This document shows positions 20,208-30,170 of a stretch of DNA of 64,000 nucleotides, in pieces; position 1 is the first letter of the stretch; each line of letters opens with the position of its first letter. The stretch is taken from NCBI GenBank assembly GCA_018303925.1, contig JAGVXF010000007.1, positions 56,775-120,774 of the forward strand, in the 5' to 3' direction. The translations under genes were made by a program, and so were the position numbers. Origin of the DNA: Candidatus Pacearchaeota archaeon (GTDB taxonomy: Archaea; Nanobdellota; Nanobdellia; Pacearchaeales; GW2011-AR1). The notes beneath the pieces were generated by a model. That model ran no database searches. It was not told the DNA's origin and saw nothing but the letters and a program-made list of their open reading frames with translations.

Positions 20208-20441
20208 ATGAATTTTAGATTTACGTGGATAAAAGCGATTTTAGCAATAATTATTGTAGTTTTGGGATTTTTGGGGTTGCAGTTTGGTTTAATTGCTTGT
20301 TATGGTGTTGCTCCACAGGTTATAGGGGGAGAAGTATATAATTTATGTGGCTCTCAATTTTCTATCTACACAAATATTTTATTTGGAATTGCCATAGGTT
20401 TAATTTTCTACCCAATATATAGCTTATTTCAGAGAAAATAA
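20208..20441 (+). CDS. Small membrane protein (two predicted TM helices)
   Basis: 77 aa with two hydrophobic stretches. Confidence 0.4.
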   Translation: MNFRFTWIKAILAIIIVVLGFLGLQFGLIACYGVAPQVIGGEVYNLCGSQFSIYTNILFGIAIGLIFYPIYSLFQRK

Positions 20442-20735
20442 TCTAAAATTTTAAAAATAGGCATATTTTTTTAATACTATGGTTAGAGAATCTTTGTATG
20501 TACTTTTTTTGATGTCTGAGTTTTCCGGAATATCCTCAAGATTAATTTTGGATTTTCCAGTTACTTCTAAAAGTCAAAAAGTTCCGTATATGGAAAGTTT
20601 ATGCTATCCTCCCAAAAATCCGTTAAGAAAAACTTTTTTTCCTGCTTATGCCAAGACTTCAAAGTTAACTTATGCTAACAGATATGGAAGGCACATTAAT
20701 CTTGAAAGAAGGGTAAAGGGGGGAAAAAGTTTAAA

Positions 20736-20972
20736 ATGGAAATAGATAAAAGCAAACTTGAGAAGTCGCTTTCTTCAAAAGGCGGAAAGAAAACTGAGGA
20801 GCTGAAAATGAGCAAAGAGGTTGAAATTGGTTTTCACGAGGGTGCTCTTAACACCCTTGCCGCTGAAAGAATTGAACTTGTAAGGGTTGTTCAGAATGTT
20901 GAAAAAATAATGTCTATGCATTTATCACGTCTTGAAGAACTTGGTGTTAAGATTGAAGCCAAGAAAGAATAG
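20736..20972 (+). CDS. Hypothetical small helical protein
   Basis: 78-aa ORF with charged, helical composition. Confidence 0.3.
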   Translation: MEIDKSKLEKSLSSKGGKKTEELKMSKEVEIGFHEGALNTLAAERIELVRVVQNVEKIMSMHLSRLEELGVKIEAKKE

Positions 20973-21041
20973 GTAAATTTTAATTTATGTTAGAGTGAAC
21001 ATTTTATCTCTCTCAATTATAAATGTTTTAGAGATGCAAAA

Positions 21042-21125
21042 TGTGAGGGACAGGATTCGAACCTGCGTAAGGCATAAGCCACAGGATCTTAAGTCCTGCC
21101 CGTTTGACCACTCCGGCACCCCCAC
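21042..21125 (-). tRNA. tRNA-Leu(TAA), type II with long variable arm
   Basis: Reverse complement: GTGGGGG TG CCG GAGTGGTCAAA CGG G CAGGA CUUAAGA TCCTG + 15-nt variable arm + GCAGG TTCGAAT CCTGT CCCTCAC A. The anticodon loop CUUAAGA gives UAA. Acceptor stem has one G-U pair. Confidence 0.8.
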
Positions 21126-21161
21126 ATATATATCCTTTTTAGAGGGGATTGGCTTAAAAAT

Positions 21162-21626
21162 TTATCTAAACTTTTCAAATATTTCCTCAAGATTTTTTAA
21201 GTCTTTTTTTTTCATGCGGTTGAATTTTGAAAGAGGAAGATGGCTTTTCCATAAAAAATATGTTCTTCCATATCCCAAATCAATAATTTTTGCATTATCC
21301 TTTTCTGGCGAGACTATAATATTTCGACTTTCAATCTCTAATCTTGCAATTCCAACAGAGTGCAGTTCAAGGATGGTGTTTTCTAATTTTTTTTGAATGC
21401 AAGATTTGTTAATTTTGGGATCTTTAAGATAAATTTCCTTTCCATCAAAAAATTCTTTGAGTATTGGTTTTTTGTAGTTTTTAAAGTTTTCATACTCCTG
21501 AATTAAGTTTGTTACCCCTTCGATTCCTTTAGCGAGATTCAAATTTTTGCACTCATTTTTTAGATGTCTAACATCCCAAGAGTCTCTTGCTATTTTTAAT
21601 ACATAAAATAATCCATTTTTTTTCAA
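21162..21626 (-). CDS. Small protein-kinase-like fold protein (Bud32/RIO/Kdo-kinase-like), possibly non-canonical
   Basis: Catalytic-loop-like LHSVGIARLEIESRNIIV and a DFG-like IIDLGYG. Glu sits where the catalytic Asp of the HGD motif is expected. The N-lobe is short. Confidence 0.3.
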   Translation of the reverse strand: MKKNGLFYVLKIARDSWDVRHLKNECKNLNLAKGIEGVTNLIQEYENFKNYKKPILKEFFDGKEIYLKDPKINKSCIQKKLENTILELHSVGIARLEIESRNIIVSPEKDNAKIIDLGYGRTYFLWKSHLPLSKFNRMKKKDLKNLEEIFEKFR

Positions 21627-21771
21627 CCTGATAAACCAAGGTTGAAGAAGGTCTGAGAGTTTTTATATATCTTAATGATGAATCTATTTTTTTGACTATT
21701 TCTTCCCCTATTTCCATAAACAAAATGATAGTTAAGAGCTTTTAAGTTTTAGGATTGCCCATTGGCTATTT

Positions 21772-22137
21772 TCAAAACCTAAACCCGTATTTTTTCAAAT
21801 CAATTTTTCCGTTCTCTATTTCAATGCTCTCTTTTTTTAGCATGCGGATTTTTTTTGGAGTTCCGTGGGCGAATTTTCCGACTTTTCCGTCGGAGTTGAT
21901 AACCCTGTGGCATGGAACAGTTGGAGCCGAGCCATTTTGTGGTAGGCAGTAACCGTCTTTACCCATAGCCGTGCGAAGTGGCGAGTAAGGATTTTTATTC
22001 ATTGCTGTTCCTACGGCACGGTAGGCTTTTGATCTGAGCGCCCTGGCAATATCTCTATAAGTTGTAACTTTCCCTTTTGGAACTTTTCTTAAAATTTTGT
22101 AGCAATTTTCATAAAATTGGCTTTTGTTTTTAATCAT
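21772..22137 (-). CDS. ogt: Methylated-DNA-protein-cysteine methyltransferase (Ogt/MGMT)
   Basis: Active-site PCHRV (TVPCHRVINSDGKVG) and HTH-like TTYRDIARAL. Confidence 0.85.
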   Translation of the reverse strand: MIKNKSQFYENCYKILRKVPKGKVTTYRDIARALRSKAYRAVGTAMNKNPYSPLRTAMGKDGYCLPQNGSAPTVPCHRVINSDGKVGKFAHGTPKKIRMLKKESIEIENGKIDLKKYGFRF

Positions 22138-22242
22138 TATTTTCTAATCATTAACTCATTTAATATCTTTTATCTTAATTATCCCCAGAAATTTAAAGTA
22201 TATATGTTTAATGCTAAACTGAGCCTGAGACTATGAAATAAA

Positions 22243-23031
22243 TTGTTAGTCGGTTATAATAAAGATTATAAAATTCTGTATTTAATTGTTTTTATGAACA
22301 GAGAAAAAATAATCCTTTTAATTCTTGTTATAATGGCATTAATCGCTAATTATTCTTTTTTTGATAATTTTTTGGAAAAGTCCTATGAGGATTCTGAATA
22401 TGGTGTTGTTGAAAGAGTTATAGACGGAGATACGCTTGTAATAAATAGAACTTCTGTAAGGCTCCTTGGGATAAATTCTCCGGAAAAGGGAGAGGCCGGA
22501 TATGCTAGTGCGATGAATTTTCTTAAAGATGGGGTTTTGGAAAAAGAAGTAAAACTTGTTTTTGGCCGCGAAAAATACGATTTATACAAAAGAAAGCTTG
22601 CTTATGTTTTTATTGGCGGAAAAAACATAAATCTTGAGTCTGTTAAAAACGGATACTCAAACTTTTATTTTCCATCGGGAAGAGATGGTTATTATGTGGA
22701 TTTTTATGATGCTTGGAAAAATTGCATGGGCAAAAATATAAATTTATGTGAAAAGTCATATGAAACGTGCATGATTCTGAGTGAGTGGGATTTTAAAAAT
22801 CAGAGAGTCGTTTTGGAAAATTCATGTTCTAAGGAGGTTAACATTACCGGCTGGTCTCTCAAAGATGAGGGAAGAAAAAAATATGTTTTTGAGGATAAAT
22901 CTTTAAATTCGGGGGAGAAGATTATTTTGACTGCTAAAGACTGGAACGAAACTTATGTATGGACTTTTAGCGGGGATTCAATTTTTATAAGGGACAATCA
23001 GGGCAAGCTTGTTTATTGGGATAGTTATTGA
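22243..23031 (+). CDS. Membrane-anchored staphylococcal-nuclease-like (SNase) nuclease with C-terminal lamin-tail domain
   Basis: N-terminal TM/signal segment. SNase core VIDGDTLVI...VRLLGINSPE. C-terminal LTD-like segment VVLENSCSKEVNITGWSLKDEG...LNSGEKIIL. Confidence 0.7.
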   Translation: MLVGYNKDYKILYLIVFMNREKIILLILVIMALIANYSFFDNFLEKSYEDSEYGVVERVIDGDTLVINRTSVRLLGINSPEKGEAGYASAMNFLKDGVLEKEVKLVFGREKYDLYKRKLAYVFIGGKNINLESVKNGYSNFYFPSGRDGYYVDFYDAWKNCMGKNINLCEKSYETCMILSEWDFKNQRVVLENSCSKEVNITGWSLKDEGRKKYVFEDKSLNSGEKIILTAKDWNETYVWTFSGDSIFIRDNQGKLVYWDSY

Positions 23032-23076
23032 ATCCAGTTAGGAAATGTTTTTATAAAAGGAAGATTTTCATTATGG

Positions 23077-23829
23077 ATGAAATCTCTTGCGAAGAAGATT
23101 ACTGAATTGCAGAATGATTTTTTTTCTATTTCTGAAAATTTGAAAAGCCTTTTGAAACTTGGGTTGCCTCCACCCTGGAAAGCGAGAGAGGTTGCATTTG
23201 TTGCGGATGACCTAATTGAAACGATTACTATGAAATTGAGGAAATATATTTCTCTTGAAAAATTGGATTTAGAGAGCAATTTTTATGATTCAATGGTCAA
23301 ATCGAAAAAGGTGCTTGTGAGAGAGGAAAAAAGAATCGTCCGGAATTTGGAGAATATGGGCTATAAATTTATTTATTCTAATTCTGGAAAGGACCTTGAA
23401 GCAATTTGTGGGCTCAAGTTCCCAAGAATTGAAGATTGCCTGAGTGAAAAAGACAAACTTTTATTGTATGGCAAAAACCTTGAAAAAATTTATTTTTTTA
23501 TTTGTAAAATTCCGACCTTAAAAACTGAAAACAAAAATGAATTAAAAAGCATGATAGATAGAATCCAAAGAATGAGAAGAACAATAGAGATTTACATTTC
23601 GGATTGTTCTGCTCTTGAAAAAAATGGAGAATATCCAAGAATGGAAGTATTTTTTTCAAATCAGCCGAACTTTAATGCGGCCGTAGAGGTTTTTGAAAAA
23701 ACATATGAAAAAATATTTAAAAATTTTGGATACAAATTTTTGTATAAAAATAAATTAATAAAAGAAATATCAAGAGATTCTAAAGTTTCGGTTAATGGAA
23801 AAAGGAAAGTCCCTTTTCAATTACCATAA
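23077..23829 (+). CDS. Hypothetical protein (250 aa)
   Basis: ORF with coding-like composition. No motif recognised. Confidence 0.4.
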   Translation: MKSLAKKITELQNDFFSISENLKSLLKLGLPPPWKAREVAFVADDLIETITMKLRKYISLEKLDLESNFYDSMVKSKKVLVREEKRIVRNLENMGYKFIYSNSGKDLEAICGLKFPRIEDCLSEKDKLLLYGKNLEKIYFFICKIPTLKTENKNELKSMIDRIQRMRRTIEIYISDCSALEKNGEYPRMEVFFSNQPNFNAAVEVFEKTYEKIFKNFGYKFLYKNKLIKEISRDSKVSVNGKRKVPFQLP

Positions 23830-23861
23830 TACTTATTAATCACTTTAATTTTAAAAACAAA

Positions 23862-24299
23862 ATGAAGTGGTATTATGCTTTGCCTTTTTTGTTTTTAAAT
23901 AATTCTTTTGCCCAACATTCTTTAAAGGATTCTGTGTTTAATATTCTGGATTATGAAGGGGATTTTGGAGGTTTTGAATTCTTTAATACCCTCGGAGATT
24001 ATGATTCTCTGAGTTTAATTGGAGTTTCTCTGGATATAAATCCAAAAGATGGAGTTCTTGATACGTATGCATTTTTTAAGGTTAAAAGTTACGAAGATTC
24101 CAATTTTTTGGATATAAAAGTCAAAATTGACAGTCTTGCGTATGTGGTTTGGCAGGTTTTCAATAGGCATGGAGAGATTGATGTTGTTTTAGGAGACAGG
24201 GATGGAAATGGAACTCTTGAAACAATTATTTTTGAAAGAAAAAAAGAGCTCAAGAAATTGGAAAAAGAGTCTCTCCCAGAAATTTTCAAAAGAACTTAA
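23862..24299 (+). CDS. Small secreted protein with signal peptide
   Basis: N-terminal hydrophobic signal LPFLFLNNSFAQ. 145 aa. Confidence 0.4.
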   Translation: MKWYYALPFLFLNNSFAQHSLKDSVFNILDYEGDFGGFEFFNTLGDYDSLSLIGVSLDINPKDGVLDTYAFFKVKSYEDSNFLDIKVKIDSLAYVVWQVFNRHGEIDVVLGDRDGNGTLETIIFERKKELKKLEKESLPEIFKRT

Positions 24300-24600
24300 G
24301 ATTTTGGAGTATAATGCAGTTGAATAATTTTAAAGAGTTTCAATCTTAAAGTATTTATTTAAAGTAATAACAAAAAAGTATTTTCTCTATGACAACAATA
24401 CTTAAAAGAGAATGTCCGCATAAAAATTAATGAGAATTAAAAAAACGGGCTTTATTTTAGTTGTTAATTCTCACTCACCTGACTATCATGGTTATACGTA
24501 TAACGAGTATAACAATACTTGGCGGGGTTTTGCCCTGCGACTGATACCTTGTTTTGAACAGGGGAATAAAAAGTTAGAAGGAGGTTATAAAAAATAAAAT

Positions 24601-27600
24601 ATGAAAAAAAATTTAACATTAATTAGTTTAATGTTAGGTGTTATGATTGTTTTGATGGTTGGAGCAGTTAGTGCTGTGACTTATGGTCCAATAGGTTCCG
24701 ATTATTCATTGTGTACACACGATGGAGCATCCGATTGGATTTGTACTTCCGAAGTTCACGTTAACGACTCTTCTTATGCAAATATGGATGAAGAAGAAGA
24801 GGTTCAGGGTAGATGGAATGCAGTAATTCCTACAAACGCGGTTGTGACAAGTGTTAAAGTATATGTTGAAGGTATGGAAACTGACCCAAATGTGGAAGCA
24901 AACATTCAATTATGGAGTACAGATACTCAGGAATCTTTGACAGACTATCAAGCTTTTTCACACAACAACTGGCAGACTAAAACATTCCAAGATTCTGATT
25001 TGACTGATTATGTTCAGTCAAAAGTTTCTGCAGGGCAGCCTATAAAATTGGAATTAGATATAGAAGGTGAAAATGACGATGAGAATCACAATGAGATTCT
25101 TATTGATTATATCCATCTTAAAATTACTTATGAAATTCCAGAATGTCCTTTTGAACCACAAGATGGAAGAACAATAGTCCATTTTAGTCCTAGTGATAAA
25201 ATATTATCCTCGGGAAGTTCTGCTGATGCTCAAACTGATAATGAATCGGTTGACTTGGCTGCAGGAAAATATGGGGTTTCTCTTTACTCTTGGGATTATG
25301 GTGTAAACAGGGCAACTCAGAGTCAGCCAAATGAAGAATATTTTGTATTCTTCTATGATTCCTCTGGGAATCTTATAGCTCAATCAAGCGATTCTACGGA
25401 TTTGGCAGACAATGTTATTTTCGCGGATTGGGAAGGACAGGTTGATACAAATTTGGTTTTGTCAGGGGCAGTGGAAGATGTTCAAGGTTTCCATGCGGTT
25501 TATCCTGATGGATCAAGTCCAAACAGCTTAGTTGCTGAATGTGCGGCTTTTGATTTTATAGAAGAACCATGTAGTTTGGAAGTAACTAATCCTGAAGAAG
25601 GAGATTGGTTTGACAACGAGTCTGTTCCAATTAATTGGACTCTTAGTGAAGGTTGTCAATCTATTGTTCATTCATCACTTTACTATTACAATTCTGTAAA
25701 TGGAGAGTGTAATACCCAAGGTCCTTGGAATGAGATAGCAATTCAAGTCTCATCTGCAAATACTGTTGTGAACCCTCCTTTTGAACATGGTTATTTGTGG
25801 GATAAACCTTCAGAAAGTGGGCAATACTGTGTCTATGTAGAAACTCATTCATCGGGTGTAAAAGGATATTCAGAAGTTTTCAATGTTGATCATGCAAAAC
25901 CCTATGTAAATTTAAGTGTGGGAAGTCCTCAAACAGGAACATGTACTGAAGCTGACGGAGAGATTTGTTGGGTTAAACCGAACACTCCTATAACTTTGAC
26001 TTGTCAGGATAACAATCCTAATGAGCCTTGGCAGTCTGGTCCAGATGAAATCTGGTACAGTATAAATGAGGGTCCAGTACAACTTTACACTGGTGCGTTT
26101 AGTTTCCAAACGGATTCTGAACATGACCTAGAATATTGGTGCTTTGATAAAGTGGACAAAGAATCTGAACATAAGTTCAAAGATTTCTTTGTGAACTCTG
26201 AATCTCCAACAATAACAAAAACTGTTGGAGAGCCAAAGGTTAACGCTTCAAGTGAGGAATTTGACTGGTATGTAAATACTGGCACAAAGATTTGCTTGTC
26301 TGCAACTCAAGGAAATCCTACGCATCCAACTCCTGGAGGAGTTGTAATTGATTGTGGGTACACTTATTCCTTAGATAATACAAATTGGGATAAAATACAA
26401 CACGTATCTTTTGATGAAAACGGATGTTTTAGTTATCTTGAAGATTCTTGGCATGAACTTAGTTGTACAGCAACTGATGCTTTAGGAAACACAGCTTTCC
26501 TTTCAGAGAAAGACATTGTGGATTCACAAGGTCCAACGACAACGTGGGATCATGAAGGGCCATACTATTCTTCTGAAAATGGAAAGTGGGTTGACGGTAT
26601 TTCAAATATAACTTTGAGTGCAACAGATCCAGATTCACATCCAGTAGGGGTTGACAAAATTTACTACAGATACACTGTAGTCAATGATGACTATTGTTAT
26701 GGAAAACTCGAAGGTTTTGAAGAACCCGAAAGGTGGAACCAGGATTGGACAGTTTATACTGAACCATTTGGACTTCCAGAATCATGTCATGTGATTGAAT
26801 ATTACTCTAATGATTTGTTGGGTAATAGTGAAGGAATTCATCATGAATTTATCTTTTCAGATCACACTGCTCCTGTTTTGACTAAACTAGTTGGAGAACC
26901 AAGTACTCCTAAGAATGAAAATCCTCTTGAGAACTGGTACGAAAACGAAGGTCAAAAAATTGAGTGGGCAGTTACAATGGACACCCCAATTGAGATAAGT
27001 TGCGAGGATTCAAGTCCTCACCCTTCCGGAATTGGAAATACTCAAGGAAGTGGAATTTATTGGAGGGTAGTTCTAGATGGGGAATATAATTCTTCATCTG
27101 CACAATGGCAGAACTCAAGTACAGACCATGTAACAATATGGTTTAAAGAGCAATCTGAACACCTACTTGAATTTTACTGTGTTGATAATGTTGGAAAGAA
27201 ATCTGAAACAGATTCAGAACTTTTCAAAGTCATAGGAAGTTCATTTGACTTGATAATTGGAGATAAATGGGACTTAATTTCAGTTCCATTCAATTTGTTG
27301 AGTAATGATATAGATGAAGTTTTCGGGAATAATTCAGACATTACAGGCATATGGGGTTACGACCCTTCAACAGGATGGCATTTGTATGCGCCTGGTGTTA
27401 CCGAAGATGATTTGACAACAATTGAACCCGGACACGGTTATTGGATAAAAACTGACAGCGAAACTACTGTTTTAATAGGGGGTAGTTTATTTAGCCCTCA
27501 AAGTGTTCCTGCTGCAGTTGAACTTCAGAATGGTTGGAATTTAATAGGTCACTACGGAACTTCAAACAAGAATTCGTGGTGTAGCCTTTTCTCATTAGTA

Positions 27601-27774
27601 GATACTTCAGTTGGTTTTCCAAGATGGAGTTCCTTATGGGGATACGATTCACCTTCACAAGATTTCGTTCCATTAAGCGCCTATGACAATACAAACCCAG
27701 GAAGAGGTTATTGGGTTGAAATGGATGTGAATGACACATATGTTCCGTCTTCAATTTGCTGGGGACTTAATTAA
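24601..27774 (+). CDS. Giant secreted Cys-rich surface protein (1057 aa)
   Basis: Signal peptide (MLGVMIVLMVGAVSA). Many paired Cys and numerous N-x-S/T sequons. SD-like aaggagg 16 nt upstream. Shares an approximately 100-aa domain with the 28849 ORF. Confidence 0.7.
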   Translation: MKKNLTLISLMLGVMIVLMVGAVSAVTYGPIGSDYSLCTHDGASDWICTSEVHVNDSSYANMDEEEEVQGRWNAVIPTNAVVTSVKVYVEGMETDPNVEANIQLWSTDTQESLTDYQAFSHNNWQTKTFQDSDLTDYVQSKVSAGQPIKLELDIEGENDDENHNEILIDYIHLKITYEIPECPFEPQDGRTIVHFSPSDKILSSGSSADAQTDNESVDLAAGKYGVSLYSWDYGVNRATQSQPNEEYFVFFYDSSGNLIAQSSDSTDLADNVIFADWEGQVDTNLVLSGAVEDVQGFHAVYPDGSSPNSLVAECAAFDFIEEPCSLEVTNPEEGDWFDNESVPINWTLSEGCQSIVHSSLYYYNSVNGECNTQGPWNEIAIQVSSANTVVNPPFEHGYLWDKPSESGQYCVYVETHSSGVKGYSEVFNVDHAKPYVNLSVGSPQTGTCTEADGEICWVKPNTPITLTCQDNNPNEPWQSGPDEIWYSINEGPVQLYTGAFSFQTDSEHDLEYWCFDKVDKESEHKFKDFFVNSESPTITKTVGEPKVNASSEEFDWYVNTGTKICLSATQGNPTHPTPGGVVIDCGYTYSLDNTNWDKIQHVSFDENGCFSYLEDSWHELSCTATDALGNTAFLSEKDIVDSQGPTTTWDHEGPYYSSENGKWVDGISNITLSATDPDSHPVGVDKIYYRYTVVNDDYCYGKLEGFEEPERWNQDWTVYTEPFGLPESCHVIEYYSNDLLGNSEGIHHEFIFSDHTAPVLTKLVGEPSTPKNENPLENWYENEGQKIEWAVTMDTPIEISCEDSSPHPSGIGNTQGSGIYWRVVLDGEYNSSSAQWQNSSTDHVTIWFKEQSEHLLEFYCVDNVGKKSETDSELFKVIGSSFDLIIGDKWDLISVPFNLLSNDIDEVFGNNSDITGIWGYDPSTGWHLYAPGVTEDDLTTIEPGHGYWIKTDSETTVLIGGSLFSPQSVPAAVELQNGWNLIGHYGTSNKNSWCSLFSLVDTSVGFPRWSSLWGYDSPSQDFVPLSAYDNTNPGRGYWVEMDVNDTYVPSSICWGLN

Positions 27775-27927
27775 AACAATTTTTTATTTTTTTTATTTTT
27801 CTTTTTATTTTTTTATTGAGGGACGGGAGTCTTTTAAAATACAAAAATTGTGGGGATGTGAGTAGTGACAAAAAATAACCCTATTCACTATAATAATACT
27901 TTTAAACTAATTACTTGTCGCTTTTTT

Positions 27928-28752
27928 ATGAGAAATGAAATTTTGGTAGTATTTTTGCTTCTAATTTCAGTTGGTTTTATCAGTTTTATTTCAGCTGTTC
28001 CTCCAGAACCAATGGCTTTTTATGGAAATGTGAGTATGAATGGAACTTTAATTCCAAATGGATATTACTTAACTGCAAAAATTAATGAGATAGTCAGTGG
28101 GCAGTGTGAAGTCATTAATGGAATATATGGGATGGGCGAAAACACTTGCATAGTTCAGAGTTATTCCTCAAATAAAGTTAAATTTTATTTAGGGAATAAT
28201 TTTTTGGGAGAATATCCTTTTCAGGGAAAAGAAATTGTAAATTTAAATTTTCAAACAGATTCCCTCCCTTCTAATTTTACTCCTCTTTCAAATGGAGTTT
28301 GTGAACCTTCAAAGGGAGAGTGTTCTTACAATTTGTTGGATTGCGGAAATTCAATAACAACAGTTTGTGTCGGAAATGGAATTTGTGATTCAAATATTGG
28401 AGAGACATGCTCAAATGCCCCTAATGATTGTGGGGCTTGTCAAACAACAACCCCTCCCGGTGGAGGAGGCGGTGGAGGAGGCGGAGGCTCTGGTGGAGGA
28501 GGTTCATCTTCAGGAGTAACAACTCCGGTGGATGTTCAGTTTTTAGGGGATAATTCTCAAAATCCAGGTTCCAGTGAGGGGGAGAATAATAATCAACTTT
28601 CAAACGAAACCTCTCAAAAAGAAAAAATTTTTGGAATTACAGGATTAGCAATTGGTGAATTTGCAGGAACTACCCTAGGAATAATCACAATTATTATTTT
28701 AGTATTGGTCCTTCTTGGAATTCTTTACTATTTTTTCTTTGGAAAAAAATAA
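27928..28752 (+). CDS. Membrane-anchored Cys-rich surface protein with poly-Gly linker
   Basis: Probable start at MRNEILVVFLLL (signal peptide). Cys-rich module CGNGICDSNIGETCSNAPNDCGAC. G10SG4S3 linker. C-terminal TM anchor IITIIILVLVLLGILYYFFF. Confidence 0.6.
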   Translation: MRNEILVVFLLLISVGFISFISAVPPEPMAFYGNVSMNGTLIPNGYYLTAKINEIVSGQCEVINGIYGMGENTCIVQSYSSNKVKFYLGNNFLGEYPFQGKEIVNLNFQTDSLPSNFTPLSNGVCEPSKGECSYNLLDCGNSITTVCVGNGICDSNIGETCSNAPNDCGACQTTTPPGGGGGGGGGGSGGGGSSSGVTTPVDVQFLGDNSQNPGSSEGENNNQLSNETSQKEKIFGITGLAIGEFAGTTLGIITIIILVLVLLGILYYFFFGKK

Positions 28753-28848
28753 CCTGATATTTCTTTTTTTTTGGGTGGAAATTTAAAGTATATTTTTTAG
28801 GATAATAATCTTTTTAAGTTGCAGTCATTACAGAATTAATATTAGAAA

Positions 28849-30141
28849 ATGAAAAATAAGATAATTTTGGCCTTTGGAATTTTAATTTTGGGAGTTCTTT
28901 TAATGGGATTGGGAAGTGCGGCAGATATGTGCCCTTTAAATTTAGGAGATTACGACCAAATTGTGAATATTGGAGGTGGAAAGTTAAGGTCGGATTTAAC
29001 TATTTTAGATGCAAAATCTTCAATGGTTCCACTTGTGCTTAACCCGGGAGATTATTCCATAACTCTTGTTGCGAGAGATGAATCCTTAAACCGAAAAGAT
29101 GATTCTCAGCCAAATGAGCAATATCAGATTTCATTTCTAAAAGAAGGAAGTCAGGTTGCTTTAACTTCTTCAACTTCTGATCTTGAAGATAATGTTCTTT
29201 TTTCAGAAGTGATTGAAGTTGTTGAAACTCGTCTTTCTCTTCCAGAGGGGGTGGATTCTATTCAGGCAATCCATTCAGAGTATAATTCTGTTCCGACTGA
29301 TTCTCCAAATAGTTTGTATGCAGTTTGTGTTGGAATAAATAAAGTTGAGAAATTCTGCGATTATGATGCGGGGGTAAATTATGCCTACAGTTTTTCAAAT
29401 GGAACAGGAATAGCAATTGGACATGAAACGGGTTCAAACTGGATTGAAGGGTACGTGAATTTATCTAAAAATGAAACTTATGACATTAAACTTTCTCTTA
29501 AAAATTTTGGGGCAAGTGCAATAAGCAACCTTTATATCCTTTTTGAAATTGATGGGTCTTATTTAAATTCATTTTATAAGAATTTGGCGGTGAGTTCAAG
29601 TGCTGTTTACCAAAAATTTGAACTAAATGCTTCATCGCTTTCATGCGGAAGCCATATAATTTCTGCTGAACTTTCTAAAGAGGGTCAAATTGATTGTAAT
29701 CTTGAAAACAATTATGCAGAAAGAGAAATTTATGTTCAATGCAATGGAATTGAGCCCCCAAACCCAACTTGCGGAGACAATGTCTGTGGTTTGGAAGAGA
29801 GTTGTTTAACCTGCTTTGAGGATTGCGGATTTTGTGATACAGAAGATGACGATAATGATGGGAATACCAATCATTCGTTTATTTCTTTTTCTTACGGATG
29901 TAGCCCTGAATGGCAATGTTCTTCCTGGGGAGATTGCATTAACAGAATTCAAACAAGAATGTGCAATGACAAAAACAATTGCAATTATACCTACGGAAAA
30001 CCTTTGGAAACTTCAGGGTGTGTTGAAGGAATAACCTCTCTTAATTCGCAGATTCAGGATGGAGGTATAAGTCTATGGATTTTAATAGGAATAATTTTCC
30101 TTGTGATACTTTTGGTAATTTTGATTCTTGTTTTTTTGTGA
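28849..30141 (+). CDS. Surface protein with signal peptide and C-terminal TM anchor, paralogous in part to the 24601 ORF
   Basis: Signal peptide. The domain SQPNEQY...TSDLEDNVLF...SPNSLYAVC is homologous to the 24601 ORF. Cys module CGDNVCGLEESCLTCFEDCGFC. C-terminal TM. Confidence 0.65.
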   Translation: MKNKIILAFGILILGVLLMGLGSAADMCPLNLGDYDQIVNIGGGKLRSDLTILDAKSSMVPLVLNPGDYSITLVARDESLNRKDDSQPNEQYQISFLKEGSQVALTSSTSDLEDNVLFSEVIEVVETRLSLPEGVDSIQAIHSEYNSVPTDSPNSLYAVCVGINKVEKFCDYDAGVNYAYSFSNGTGIAIGHETGSNWIEGYVNLSKNETYDIKLSLKNFGASAISNLYILFEIDGSYLNSFYKNLAVSSSAVYQKFELNASSLSCGSHIISAELSKEGQIDCNLENNYAEREIYVQCNGIEPPNPTCGDNVCGLEESCLTCFEDCGFCDTEDDDNDGNTNHSFISFSYGCSPEWQCSSWGDCINRIQTRMCNDKNNCNYTYGKPLETSGCVEGITSLNSQIQDGGISLWILIGIIFLVILLVILILVFL

Positions 30142-30170
30142 ATTCTAAAATAAAAACTTTTATATAGGGG

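Noticed and set aside
20479-20745. 88-aa ORF upstream of the 20736 ORF
   Set aside because: Amino-acid composition is atypical for this genome (Pro/Tyr/Arg-rich, rare codons). More likely non-coding leader or promoter sequence.
21664-21745. C/D-box sRNA-like ATGATGA ... ATGATAG elements in the 21626-21772 intergenic region
   Set aside because: No properly placed CUGA D or D' boxes and no terminal stem. Insufficient to call.
28440-28510. GGNGGNGG simple-sequence run
   Set aside because: It encodes an in-frame G10SG4S3 linker within the 27928 ORF. It is neither a CRISPR repeat nor a stand-alone microsatellite.
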